A stretch of DNA of 64,000 bases from a virus. This document shows positions 48,589 to 57,010 of the stretch, piece by piece (position 1 is the stretch's first letter; every line of letters starts with the position of its first letter). The stretch is taken from IMG/VR virus record IMGVR_UViG_3300045988_183866; one strand, given 5' to 3'. The notes under the pieces were generated by a model. The model did no database searches, was not told where the DNA came from, and was given only the letters and a program-made list of their open reading frames with translations. Made by a program: the position numbers and the translations under genes.

Positions 48589-49929
48589 TTGGACAACATT
48601 AAAAATCCGGCGAAAAAGCCGAAACTCAAAAAGTCTTATTCGAACAGCACTATCTTTCAGAAGCTGATGGTGGATGATGTTCGCAACAAGATTCTCTTCA
48701 CCATCCTTTGTCTTCTGATTTATCGTCTGGGTTGCGGTATTACGATTCCGTTCGTAAACACCGCTGCGCTTCAGACTATGTTCGGAAGCACCTCTGTACT
48801 GGATTATTACAATCTGGTTTCCGGTGGCGCACTTTCTCAGTGTGCGGTATTTGCGATTGGCGTATCTGCATACATCAACGCAAGCATCATTATCCAGCTT
48901 TTGACTGTTGCGATTCCGAAACTGGAAGAAATCAGCAAGGACATCGGCGGGCAGAAGCAAATCAATAAAATCACGCAGTATGTTGGTTGTGGTTTGGCGG
49001 TCGTAACAGCTATCGGGTACTTCTTTATTATGAAGAACTACGGTGCGATGAAATACACTTCCGGCATTTCGCAGGTTGTGGAAGCCATTACTGTTATTGC
49101 CATTCTGACTGCTGGCTCTCAAATCGTCATCTGGCTTGGATGGCTGATTGACGAAAAAGGTATTGGCAACGGTATTTCCCTTATCATCTTTACCGGTATC
49201 ATTTCCAGATGGGATGCTGTCATCTCGTTGTTCCAGAACTCTATTGCAATGGGCAAAGAAAATGGATGGTGGTATTATCTGATGATTCCCGGCATCATCC
49301 TCTTTGTTTTGGCGGCCACCTTCTATGTCGTTTTCGCAAGCGATGCAGAGCGCCGCGTTCCTGTTCAGTATGCCGGTAAAAATGTAGGGAACAAAGCATC
49401 CACTGGTCAGTCCAGTTATATCCCCATCAAACTGATTATGTCGGGTGTTATGCCTATTATTTTCTCGTCCACCATTTGCAGTATGCCGTCCCTCGTGACG
49501 ATGTTCCTCGATTACAACAAGCACCCCAGCCTGTATATGGCGCTGGCATCTTGGAATTCGCGGAATTGGATTTATGATGTTGCGTATGTAGCCCTGATTT
49601 TCGCATTCAACTTATTCTACATCGACATCACATTCGACCCCATCGAAATGGCAAACAACCTGCGCAAGAACGGCGGCAGTATCCCCGGTATTCGAGCAGG
49701 CAAAGCTACCAGTGATTATCTGCGCAATGCTTGCCATTCTCTCGCCGGTTCGGGAGCATTTGTTCTTTCGGTTATTGCATGTGTGCCTATCTTGGCAACT
49801 GCGGTTACAGGTCTGAACATGCACTTTGGCGGTACCAGTCTGTTGATTGTCACAGGTGTTACGCTTGAAGTTATCGATTCTCTTAACAGCCATTTGGTGG
49901 TTCGCCATCACAAGGGTTTCTTGAATTGA
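48589..49929 (+). CDS. secY2: Divergent SecY-family protein-conducting channel subunit (accessory SecY2-like)
   Basis: A TTG start sits 7 nt after the RBS ggaaggag. SecY hallmarks are present. GGALSQCAVFAIGVSAYINASIIIQLL matches LGImPYItASIIiQLL. KDIGGQKQINKITQYVGCGLAVVTAIGY matches KEGexGRrKIsqyTRY. GNGISLIIFTGI is present. C-terminal GGTSLLIVTGVTLEVIDSL matches GGTSLLIvVGVaLdt. About 10 TM segments. It is not in a ribosomal-protein/adk context. Confidence 0.85.
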   Translation: MDNIKNPAKKPKLKKSYSNSTIFQKLMVDDVRNKILFTILCLLIYRLGCGITIPFVNTAALQTMFGSTSVLDYYNLVSGGALSQCAVFAIGVSAYINASIIIQLLTVAIPKLEEISKDIGGQKQINKITQYVGCGLAVVTAIGYFFIMKNYGAMKYTSGISQVVEAITVIAILTAGSQIVIWLGWLIDEKGIGNGISLIIFTGIISRWDAVISLFQNSIAMGKENGWWYYLMIPGIILFVLAATFYVVFASDAERRVPVQYAGKNVGNKASTGQSSYIPIKLIMSGVMPIIFSSTICSMPSLVTMFLDYNKHPSLYMALASWNSRNWIYDVAYVALIFAFNLFYIDITFDPIEMANNLRKNGGSIPGIRAGKATSDYLRNACHSLAGSGAFVLSVIACVPILATAVTGLNMHFGGTSLLIVTGVTLEVIDSLNSHLVVRHHKGFLN

Positions 49930-49944
49930 CGGGAGGGCAACACA

Positions 49945-50199
49945 ATGGCAATTTATGAAATCATTCTGTGCATCTTGATTCTGTTGGTTTCTGTTCTGGT
50001 TTGTGCGGTTACGCTTTCCATGGATAAGGCCGACAAGAACAGTCTTAGTGTTATCACCGGAATCAGTGATACAATGCGCTCGAATGCTAAAGACAGCACG
50101 AAAACGTCCGCAAATAAACTGGTTGCTGTATGTACAGCTATTCTGCTTGTTATCGCAATCATCATGTTCGTAGTAACCGGAGTAGGAGGTGCGGCATGA
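49945..50199 (+). CDS. SecG-like small two-TM membrane protein (Asp5/SecG-like)
   Basis: 84 aa. TM1 IILCILILLVSVLVCAV, a polar loop DKADKNSLSVITGISDTMRSNAKD (cf. SecG KSAGLSGAISGGAEQLFG) and TM2 AVCTAILLVIAIIMFVV. It sits directly after secY2. Confidence 0.55.
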   Translation: MAIYEIILCILILLVSVLVCAVTLSMDKADKNSLSVITGISDTMRSNAKDSTKTSANKLVAVCTAILLVIAIIMFVVTGVGGAA

Positions 50200-50447
50200 A
50201 AGATAAACTGAAAAAGGTAGGAACGACTATTGCGAATTTCGTGAAGGCAATTCCTTCTTTCGTCAAGAGCACGCCTAAGAAGCTTCACAATTTGGTTGCA
50301 CCCAAAAATGTGACTTGGCCGAGTATGCACAACACGCTCCATCGAACCGGAGCAGTTCTTGTTGTGAGTGCTGTATCCGCCGTTATTATTGGCATTATGG
50401 ATGCGGCATACGCTCTGTTGCTTCACGTTCCGTTCCTGTTCGTTTAA
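50196..50447 (+). CDS. SecE-like small membrane protein (Asp4/SecE-like)
   Basis: The ATG overlaps the upstream stop (ATGA), and the RBS aggaggtg is present. KKLHNLVAPKNVTWPSMHNTLHRTGAVLVVSAVSAVIIGIMDAAYALL matches the SecE signature (kkVtWPsrkE + single TM). Confidence 0.55.
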   Translation: MKDKLKKVGTTIANFVKAIPSFVKSTPKKLHNLVAPKNVTWPSMHNTLHRTGAVLVVSAVSAVIIGIMDAAYALLLHVPFLFV

Positions 50448-50461
50448 AATACTGCCCCGGT

Positions 50462-50498
50462 AGGCAACCTGTCTGCCGGGGTCTTTTTTATAAAGGAG
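50462..50498 (+). terminator. Rho-independent terminator ending the secY2-secG-secE-like operon
   Basis: Hairpin ccccggtagg-caacctgtct-gccgggg followed by T6. Confidence 0.6.
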
Positions 50499-50505
50499 TT
50501 TTTTT

Positions 50506-51669
50506 ATGAAAAAAAATGCAAAAGAGATTTTGGCAGTCATCAGTGCCGCATGTATTGCATTGACCGCGTGTGGCAAAAACGTGACCGATGCAAGTACATC
50601 TGAGACTGCGGAAACAGCCACCTCCGAAACGGCGACCGCTATTGAGTATGACCTCGGTCTTGATGATGATGGGTATTTTCGCAATGTGACTGCATCCAAG
50701 TACATAAAAATGCCCAAGGATTATAAGGAGTATACGGTCAGCAAAGATGTATACGCCGTTACAGACGAGGAGATTCAAAATGAGTTGGATTATTTTCAGT
50801 CCAATTACAAGCTGACGACAGAGGTAACAGACCGCGCCGCACAGGAAGGCGATGTTGTGAACATTGACTATGAGGGTACGGTTGATGGTGTTGCTTTTAC
50901 CGGTGGAACAACAGAAGACTACGATTTGGAACTCGGTTCCAATACATTTATTGACGGATTTGAAGACCAAATCGTCGGGCATAACACGGGGGATTCGTTT
51001 GACGTCACAGTAACATTCCCTGATGGATATAGCAGTACAACAGATAGAACTACAGGCGAGCAGACTATCGAACTCGCCAACAAGGAAGCTGTTTTCCATG
51101 TAACGCTTAATAAAATTTCTCAATATAGCATGACAGATGCTGATGTTGCCGGTATCATGAGTGGCTACAAGCTGCAAGACGGTACTGCTGTAACCACAGT
51201 AGCTCTGCTTCGTGAATATGTTGAAGAGAATCTTCGGATGAATAAGATTCAGAATGAGATTGAACAGTATTTCATTGACAATGTAAAACTCAAAAAGGAT
51301 ACGACAGACCTTGTCAATCTGAGTCTTGAAACTAACTTGAAGTATGTCGAAAACGAAGCAACTGCCTACAATATGGACTTGGAGACATTCGTTCAGACAT
51401 ACAGCAATTATAAGACCTCGGAGGAGTATTCAGAAAGTCTTCGTAGTCAGACGGAAGAAAATGTTTTACTGAGCCTTGTTGCGCAGTATCTGGCAGAGGA
51501 ACAGGACTATAAACCGTCTGTCGATGAAGTGAAAGCTTATATTGGCAGTAACTACGATAACGCCGTTGATACCTATGGAGCAGGTCCTTTGGCACAGGAG
51601 TGTATGTATAACAAGATTATGGGCAACTACTGCATTGATGTGTACGAGCGGTCTGCCGCAGCTGAGTAA
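50506..51669 (+). CDS. Trigger-factor-like lipoprotein (FKBP-type PPIase domain plus TF C-terminal domain, with a lipoprotein signal replacing the ribosome-binding domain)
   Basis: The RBS aaggag precedes the ATG. MKKNAKEILAVISAACIALTACGK is a signal II / lipobox. AVTDEEIQNELDYFQSNYKLTTEVTDRAAQEGDVVNIDYEGTVDGVAFTGGTTEDYDLELGSNTFIDGFEDQIVGHNTGDSFDVTVTFPDGY closely parallels the trigger-factor PPIase domain (..GDrVtIDFtGsvDGeeFeGGkaedf.L.lGsg.mIpGFEdgi.Ghk.Ge.f.idVtFPe.Y). A TF-like C-terminal helical domain follows. Confidence 0.75.
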   Translation: MKKNAKEILAVISAACIALTACGKNVTDASTSETAETATSETATAIEYDLGLDDDGYFRNVTASKYIKMPKDYKEYTVSKDVYAVTDEEIQNELDYFQSNYKLTTEVTDRAAQEGDVVNIDYEGTVDGVAFTGGTTEDYDLELGSNTFIDGFEDQIVGHNTGDSFDVTVTFPDGYSSTTDRTTGEQTIELANKEAVFHVTLNKISQYSMTDADVAGIMSGYKLQDGTAVTTVALLREYVEENLRMNKIQNEIEQYFIDNVKLKKDTTDLVNLSLETNLKYVENEATAYNMDLETFVQTYSNYKTSEEYSESLRSQTEENVLLSLVAQYLAEEQDYKPSVDEVKAYIGSNYDNAVDTYGAGPLAQECMYNKIMGNYCIDVYERSAAAE

Positions 51670-51680
51670 GGTGATGTATT

Positions 51681-52652
51681 ATGGCAAAAACACCTATTAT
51701 TCCACCACTGCCCAAAGAAGAATATTTCGAGCAGGAACTTGGTGCGTACAATTACATTCCAAATGATGAGGATGATGGAACTGGTGAAAACTTCCCTCAT
51801 CAAAAGGCAAGCCATGACGAGGATGACAATGAATCGATGGATGCGATGGACGTGTCAGAGGGCAAAGAGAAACGGCGATTTTCCATCTGGACAGTTTTGT
51901 TGGTCGTAATTTGCATCGTTCTTATTGCCATGATTGGCTATATTGGATGGAAGGCGTATGATTACTATCATATTCCTGCATATGAAACAGGAGACATCTC
52001 CGACGATGTAGAAGAACCCGTTTCTACCCCCTCGATTCTTATCCCGTCTTCTAATTCAAGTGAGAGTGATTCAGAACCGGAACCGACACCAAAGCCAGCG
52101 TATTCCAAAAACACCGTTGGTTACTTAACCGTTCCCGGCGTTGATGTTACAGATGAGCCCATTTTGCAGCATCCCACAGACGATGATTATTACCTGACTC
52201 ACAATGAGTTCGATAGGGAAAGTATCTGGGGCGCTTATTTTGTTCCTTCCGAATGGAATGTCAGCAATGTTGACGATATGTACAGAGTAACTGTTATTTT
52301 TGGACATAGCAACGGAAATAGTATGCACAAGAAATTCAGTGTTTTGAAATACTTTCGCGATGTCAACTTTGCAAAGGAACATCGGTATATTTATCTTACC
52401 TTGGGTGAACAGCAGACACGATGGAAAATCTTTGCTGTTGCCGATTATCCTATTGACCCAAGTTATACCATTGCGAATCCGGATGATTCGTATTTCCTGA
52501 CAGAGATTGCAAGTATGAAAGCTTACTCTTACAATCAGTATGCCACAGAAGTTGGATTGAATGATAAGGTTTTGATTTTGTCCACCTGTTCAGGCAGTGA
52601 TAATTACGATACTCGTTTTATTGTATGTGCAAAACTTGACGAAGTCTTCTGA
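51681..52652 (+). CDS. srtB: Class B sortase (SrtB family) with an N-terminal cytoplasmic segment and a TM anchor
   Basis: TVGYLTVPGVDVTDEPILQHPTDDDYYLTHNEFDRESIWGAYFV matches SrtB (ivGWikl.gT.lnYPVlqg.dndyYL..dF.re....GsiFmD). VTVIFGHSNGNSMH is the catalytic His. VLILSTCSGSDNYDTRFIVCAKL is the TLSTC catalytic Cys plus the conserved Arg. TM helix WTVLLVVICIVLIAMIGYIGW. Confidence 0.9.
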   Translation: MAKTPIIPPLPKEEYFEQELGAYNYIPNDEDDGTGENFPHQKASHDEDDNESMDAMDVSEGKEKRRFSIWTVLLVVICIVLIAMIGYIGWKAYDYYHIPAYETGDISDDVEEPVSTPSILIPSSNSSESDSEPEPTPKPAYSKNTVGYLTVPGVDVTDEPILQHPTDDDYYLTHNEFDRESIWGAYFVPSEWNVSNVDDMYRVTVIFGHSNGNSMHKKFSVLKYFRDVNFAKEHRYIYLTLGEQQTRWKIFAVADYPIDPSYTIANPDDSYFLTEIASMKAYSYNQYATEVGLNDKVLILSTCSGSDNYDTRFIVCAKLDEVF

Positions 52653-52660
52653 AAAAGCTC

Positions 52661-52776
52661 TTGCATTATGCTGCGAAGTTAATATAATTGAGACATAACA
52701 TAAATCAAATGATTTAACTGTATTATTGCAATCGGCAACTGAGCCGCCAGTGGATTGTCCCATTGGCGGCTTTTTG
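52661..52776 (+). promoter_or_regulatory. Conserved-spacer promoter (copy g: TTGCAT-tATGCTGCgAAGTtaa-TATAAT) followed by a GC hairpin + T-run leader element
   Basis: -35 at 52661, -10 at 52683, then gacataacataaatcaaatg. Hairpin gccgccagtgg-attgtcc-cattggcggc followed by T5 at 52744-52775. The architecture matches copies c-f. Confidence 0.55.
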
Positions 52777-52830
52777 CTGTTTATATAGATGTCCGAACAT
52801 TAACCTATTTAAAACATGGAGGTATTCGCT

Positions 52831-53145
52831 ATGTTAAACTTCTTTGATGCTGTTGCATCTATTGCTGCTTTGGTTTGGGCTCTCGCTGTGGGGGCTTGTA
52901 TCTTCCTTGCCATCGATTGGGATGGTTTATTTGAGGCTAAATACATCAAAGTTTTTCTCGTTGTCGCCATCATTGCGCAAGCCACGCTGTTCATCATCAA
53001 AAAAATTGGTGCTGTTCTGTATTGCGGTATGTTCGCCAGCCTTACAATTTCAGTTCTTGGAATGATTGAGAACTTGTATTTGTACGCATATTTGGCGATT
53101 ATGATTGCAGCTATGTTTGGCATGACAAAGCGCTATCACAGATAA
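52831..53145 (+). CDS. Small 3-TM membrane protein (paralogue A)
   Basis: The RBS ggaggt precedes the ATG at 52831. MLNFFDAVASIAALVWALAVGACIFLAIDWDGLFEAK...MFGMTKRYHR. Confidence 0.5.
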   Translation: MLNFFDAVASIAALVWALAVGACIFLAIDWDGLFEAKYIKVFLVVAIIAQATLFIIKKIGAVLYCGMFASLTISVLGMIENLYLYAYLAIMIAAMFGMTKRYHR

Positions 53146-53200
53146 TGCGATTCGATGTCCATAAACCCGTAAACCATCAGTAATTTTGGAGGTAACTGAT

Positions 53201-53518
53201 ATGAGTAACTTTTTTGACACAGCAACCCTTATTTTCGCTTTTGTTTGGGTCATCTGCATGGGAGCCAGCTTCATTGCTGTTCTTGACTGGGACGGAATCA
53301 TTGAGGCCAAGCGTCTCAAGCTTCTTGTTCCTGCGGCAGTCGTTGCCCAGATGTTGATGTTTTTGGTCGATAAACTTGGTGCCGCTTTTTATTGTGGTGC
53401 TTTTTCGAGCTTTACCATCGTGATTCTGAACATGATTGAAAAGGGATACACTTACATCTACCTTGCATTGGCGCTTGCGGCTATGTTCGGTATGATGCAA
53501 CGCTATCACAGAGATTAA
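53201..53518 (+). CDS. Small 3-TM membrane protein (paralogue B, tandem duplicate of the gene at 52831)
   Basis: The RBS ggaggt precedes the ATG at 53201. MSNFFDTATLIFAFVWVICMGASFIAVLDWDGIIEAK...MFGMMQRYHRD is about 45-50% identical to paralogue A. Confidence 0.5.
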   Translation: MSNFFDTATLIFAFVWVICMGASFIAVLDWDGIIEAKRLKLLVPAAVVAQMLMFLVDKLGAAFYCGAFSSFTIVILNMIEKGYTYIYLALALAAMFGMMQRYHRD

Positions 53519-53563
53519 AACGATTTACAACTAAATCGTCCACACGAAAGGAAAGGTAAAAAA

Positions 53564-54163
53564 ATGGAAAAGATTCTCAATGTAAAAATTCACAATCAGA
53601 CCGAGGAAGTCGCCAGTAAGGCAAAGAACGAGGCTCGCAACACTGCCAAGAATCCCCACATGGCAATGTTCGTCTTGTTTGCCGTCCTGTTCAACATTCT
53701 GGCGTTCGTCGTTCCCGCCAACGCAAATGACCTGTGGGGTTCTCGCATGAGTGCCTATAAGGTCGGCTGCGGCATCGGGTGTGCTGTTTTGGCGTGGTGC
53801 CTGCTGCATCTGCGCGACATTATTCGTGAACCAAGTCTTATCGGGGCTTATCAGATGTCCTACGATAAGCAGCGCACATTTAAAAAGCGCGGCATCATTG
53901 CAAGTATTGGTACTGTTCTGAATAGTGTTGTGTATGCGGCACTTACGGTAACGATTGCTTCGCTGCCAACGCTTGGCGCTCTCGCAGTCAGTTCTATTTA
54001 TTGCAAAAGTTTCGCAGGATTTGAGACGCTTGATGTTGGTATCATGATTAGCGGAATCATTCTTTATCTTGGCGCAATGCTTCTTAATCGTTTCGGCCGA
54101 ACGATTGATGCTTTCGTTGAGAAGAAGAAGTCTCCGAAAATTTCTTCGGATAACAAAGAATAA
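53564..54163 (+). CDS. Hypothetical polytopic membrane protein
   Basis: The RBS aaaggaaaggt is present. About 4 TM helices. Confidence 0.5.
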   Translation: MEKILNVKIHNQTEEVASKAKNEARNTAKNPHMAMFVLFAVLFNILAFVVPANANDLWGSRMSAYKVGCGIGCAVLAWCLLHLRDIIREPSLIGAYQMSYDKQRTFKKRGIIASIGTVLNSVVYAALTVTIASLPTLGALAVSSIYCKSFAGFETLDVGIMISGIILYLGAMLLNRFGRTIDAFVEKKKSPKISSDNKE

Positions 54164-54174
54164 ATAACACTAAG

Positions 54175-54207
54175 GCGCTTCCCCGTAATACGGGAGGCGC
54201 TTTTTAT
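54175..54207 (+). terminator. Rho-independent terminator
   Basis: Hairpin gcgcttccccg-taata-cgggaggcgc followed by T5. Confidence 0.75.
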
Positions 54208-54219
54208 TGTATCCTGTAC

Positions 54220-54376
54220 TTGCAAATTGCTGCAAAGTTAATAATATATAGTTATCCGATAAATAAAATCACACAATGCATCGTACCAGAGTTTTGTGGG
54301 CGTGCATGATTGAATTATCGCCAATCACAATGTACTAAAGGTAGCTATTTTTGAGAAAATAGCTGCCTTTTTTATT
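54220..54376 (+). promoter_or_regulatory. Conserved-spacer promoter (copy c: TTGCAA-aTTGCTGCAAAGTTaa-TAATAT) with a downstream hairpin + T-run leader
   Basis: Hairpin aggtagctatttt-tgag-aaaatagctgcct followed by T-rich sequence at 54337-54375, about 95 nt after the -10. The gene at 54411 follows. Confidence 0.55.
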
Positions 54377-54410
54377 TAGAAAAATAATATATTACGGAGG
54401 ATATGTGAAC

Positions 54411-54662
54411 ATGAAAACTTTTAACGAGTATGTCGCGGAGACTACTGCTCCTATCATTATGGACGCTGTTCGTATGCAGAAGTACGAAAAGCGCATTCGT
54501 TCTGCACGCATCGAAAAGAGAAAGCGTACCATGCGCAGCGACAAGAGCATTTCTATTGTTAAGAACACGCTGAAAAAGCGTGGCTACTACAGTGAGAAGA
54601 CCAAGGGTGTTCCCGCGCGTTCTATCAACAGCGATGTCGAAAAGTATTTCGAGGTGGCGTGA
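54411..54662 (+). CDS. Small basic protein (84 aa)
   Basis: The RBS ggagg precedes the ATG at 54411. The protein is K/R-rich. Confidence 0.4.
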   Translation: MKTFNEYVAETTAPIIMDAVRMQKYEKRIRSARIEKRKRTMRSDKSISIVKNTLKKRGYYSEKTKGVPARSINSDVEKYFEVA

Positions 54663-54674
54663 TAGGAGGACACT

Positions 54675-54971
54675 ATGAGTTACGAGACTGTGATGACGGC
54701 AGCAAAAATCATTGCCACTGCGCATCCTATCGCACGAGGGGTTTGTAAGTGCGATACGCCTGCAGACGTATCTTTCAAGGATGTTGCCAGTACGCTTCTC
54801 GATTCCGGATGGGAAAGCGTTCTTATTGCCGATAAAAATCTGTTGATTGCGAACACCGATGTCGCAAGAAACGATTATGTGAATGCTCATCCCAAGAGCA
54901 AATTCACGATTTATCGACGGAAAATCGACAAGCACGGCATCCCTCGGAAAGTCACCGAAGTGTGGGGGTGA
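54675..54971 (+). CDS. Hypothetical protein (98 aa)
   Basis: The RBS taggagga is present. Moderate coding signal. Confidence 0.4.
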   Translation: MSYETVMTAAKIIATAHPIARGVCKCDTPADVSFKDVASTLLDSGWESVLIADKNLLIANTDVARNDYVNAHPKSKFTIYRRKIDKHGIPRKVTEVWG

Positions 54972-55645
54972 AATGTGTGAGCTGCACTCGAACCGTTTGG
55001 CTGATTGACACTGAGAATATCCCTAAAAAATGGGTAAAGACAGTGTATTTCAAGACCAAAAGAGATAAACTAATTATCTTTCTCGGTCCAGAGGCCACCT
55101 GTATGTCACTCAAAGAGTTGCAGGTATTCCTGACAAAATATCCAGCTAACCAAGTTGAGTTCTGCAATTCCAATGCAGGAAAAAACAGCATGGATTTTCA
55201 CATTGCGGCCAAGCTTGGAAGCCTTTGCACAACAGGGAAGAAAAGCCATTATATCATCGTATCGGGAGATAAAGGATATGATGGGCTTATTCAGACCATG
55301 TGCGAAAATGGATTTTGTGTTAGTCGAATGACTTGTGATGCAGCACCCGCACAAAAAGAATCACCGGAAACGGTGAAAAGTATTTCTGCTATCACTGATA
55401 GCAAAAGCAAGGAAGTTTTTTGCGCACGACTTCGAGAATTGTGTATTCAGCAAAAAATTAACACTGAAAACACAAACAAGATTATCGATGCTGCAAAGAA
55501 AATTTCTTCTCCTTACAAAAAGAATTTCATCACGCATGTCAATCCTAAGATTTCTCATGCCGGTGCCGGAAATGCACAAAACGCAGCGCATGCTGCAGCA
55601 CTGATGAGAGCTGTAAAGAAAGAAATATATCCTTTGCTTGCATAA
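54962..55645 (+). CDS. NYN/LabA-like domain protein (putative nuclease)
   Basis: VWLIDTENIP...KDKLIIFLG...GKNSMDFHIAAKLG...HYIIVSGDKGYDGLIQTMCENGFCV fits the NYN pattern (iDgeN..........GKNaaDial..d.....vlvSgDsDF.plv..l.e.G..V). The start is uncertain (GTG). Confidence 0.5.
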   Translation: MGVKCVSCTRTVWLIDTENIPKKWVKTVYFKTKRDKLIIFLGPEATCMSLKELQVFLTKYPANQVEFCNSNAGKNSMDFHIAAKLGSLCTTGKKSHYIIVSGDKGYDGLIQTMCENGFCVSRMTCDAAPAQKESPETVKSISAITDSKSKEVFCARLRELCIQQKINTENTNKIIDAAKKISSPYKKNFITHVNPKISHAGAGNAQNAAHAAALMRAVKKEIYPLLA

Positions 55646-55655
55646 TTCAAAACCC

Positions 55656-55688
55656 AACCGCTTACCTTTTCGGGTGAGCGGTTTTTAT
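55656..55688 (+). terminator. Rho-independent terminator
   Basis: Hairpin aaccgcttacc-ttttcg-ggtgagcggtt followed by T5. Confidence 0.7.
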
Positions 55689-55712
55689 TAAAAAGTATAA
55701 GAAAGGAATATA

Positions 55713-56060
55713 ATGCTTAAAGATATTACAATTCAGCATGGTGATTTTGGGACTGTTCAGCCGGAGATTATTCATATCTCTGTCAAGGGAAAGTCTCTCG
55801 GCACTGGTTCTTTTTTTGGTATGTTGTTAAGGCATATTGAAAAAGAAAAGGGAACTGATAGCGGAATGGCTGCATTTTCTCTTGCGATGTTGGCTGATAA
55901 GCCTGCTGTTATCTATGTTGATGATGTTATGGCGGCCGCCGATGACACTTTGCTGAATCCCGGCGCACTTATCAGCTACGGTGTGGATATCGCCAAGAAC
56001 GCATCGCCCAAATGGACAGTCATTATTACGAAGAGTATTGATACCGCACTTTGTAAATGA
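55713..56060 (+). CDS. Hypothetical protein (115 aa)
   Basis: RBS aaggaatat; coding periodicity. Confidence 0.4.
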   Translation: MLKDITIQHGDFGTVQPEIIHISVKGKSLGTGSFFGMLLRHIEKEKGTDSGMAAFSLAMLADKPAVIYVDDVMAAADDTLLNPGALISYGVDIAKNASPKWTVIITKSIDTALCK

Positions 56061-56076
56061 GGAGGGCATAATCGAT

Positions 56077-56616
56077 ATGAAATATAGTTGGAACGCTAAA
56101 ACGCCTATGACTTCTCCTGATATGGTTGCGAAACCTATCAAGTGGAATCCGATGAGTGAGGACTGGAAAAAACGAGTGGAGGCAATGCAGCTGTACAACG
56201 AGGACGCTACCGCGCCTTGGCTCACAAACGAAATGAAAAAGACTTTGCGTGCTCTGCGTGATAGAATTTTAACTTTCGGCGGTGATGAGGTTTTGCTCAA
56301 TACCCGTGATGAGGATGCGGAAAAAGTTTTGGAACGAGGACAGTTCTTCTATGGCTCCAAGTACATGAAGAAGGGCGAAGATTGTCGTTGCCATCAGAAC
56401 GCTGCTTATCTGTGGGATGCAAATCGTGGCAGATGTCAGATTGCGACCGGATATGCCCTGAGCGAAGATGGCCTTTGGCGACAGCATTCGTGGGTCGTTC
56501 AGCCTATGACGCGTACCGTTAAGGTGTGGGAAACCACCGTCAAGCGTGTTGCCTACTTTGGTGTTGTGTTGAACGATGAGGAATGTCAGGAGTTCTTTGA
56601 CATCGTGACATATTAA
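56077..56616 (+). CDS. Hypothetical protein (179 aa)
   Basis: The RBS gaggaggg precedes the ATG at 56077. Confidence 0.45.
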   Translation: MKYSWNAKTPMTSPDMVAKPIKWNPMSEDWKKRVEAMQLYNEDATAPWLTNEMKKTLRALRDRILTFGGDEVLLNTRDEDAEKVLERGQFFYGSKYMKKGEDCRCHQNAAYLWDANRGRCQIATGYALSEDGLWRQHSWVVQPMTRTVKVWETTVKRVAYFGVVLNDEECQEFFDIVTY

Positions 56617-56632
56617 GAAGCGAGGTACATTT

Positions 56633-56854
56633 ATGACTTTCCCAAATCGAGAAATCGTCGCTGCGCTCCGTGCCGAATATCCAGCTGGGACACGCGTGAA
56701 ACTGCTGAAAATGGATGATATTCAGGCTCCGCCTATTGGAACACTCGGCACAGTTTCAGGTATAGACGATACCGGCAGTATCATGGTTTGCTGGGATAAC
56801 GGCTCTGGTCTGTTCGTGGTTTACGGTGAAGATGTCGTTGAAAAAGTACCGTGA
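56633..56854 (+). CDS. Small hypothetical protein (73 aa)
   Basis: The RBS agcgaggt precedes the ATG. Confidence 0.4.
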   Translation: MTFPNREIVAALRAEYPAGTRVKLLKMDDIQAPPIGTLGTVSGIDDTGSIMVCWDNGSGLFVVYGEDVVEKVP

Positions 56855-56885
56855 ATACGATGTTGCATTCCTGTTGTGGCTATCT

Positions 56886-57010
56886 TGTCAATTGCTGCAA
56901 AGTAGATATAATTAAGGAACTAAGATAAATCAAAGTATCAATTCCTTGACTTGTTTTAGTTCAAAATCTGTTCGTGCAGCCATCTCAATCGAGATGGCTG
57001 TTTTTTTTGT
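56886..57010 (+). promoter_or_regulatory. Conserved-spacer promoter (copy d: TTGTCA-aTTGCTGCAAAGTAGA-TATAAT) with a conserved leader ACTAAGATAAATCAAAG and a hairpin + T-run
   Basis: Hairpin gcagccatctc-aatc-gagatggctg followed by T8 at 56978-57009. The RBS aaggagg and the gene at 57032 follow. Confidence 0.6.

Noticed and set aside
48322-49524. Minus-strand 400-aa ORF overlapping the SecY-like gene
   Set aside because: The + strand product has unambiguous SecY motifs. The minus ORF is its shadow.
48589-49929. Housekeeping secY
   Set aside because: The gene is not flanked by rplO/adk or other ribosomal protein genes. It is flanked instead by SecG/SecE-like miniproteins, a TF-like lipoprotein and a sortase, and its sequence is divergent. 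It is therefore called as an accessory paralogue. Confirmation needs the rest of the genome.
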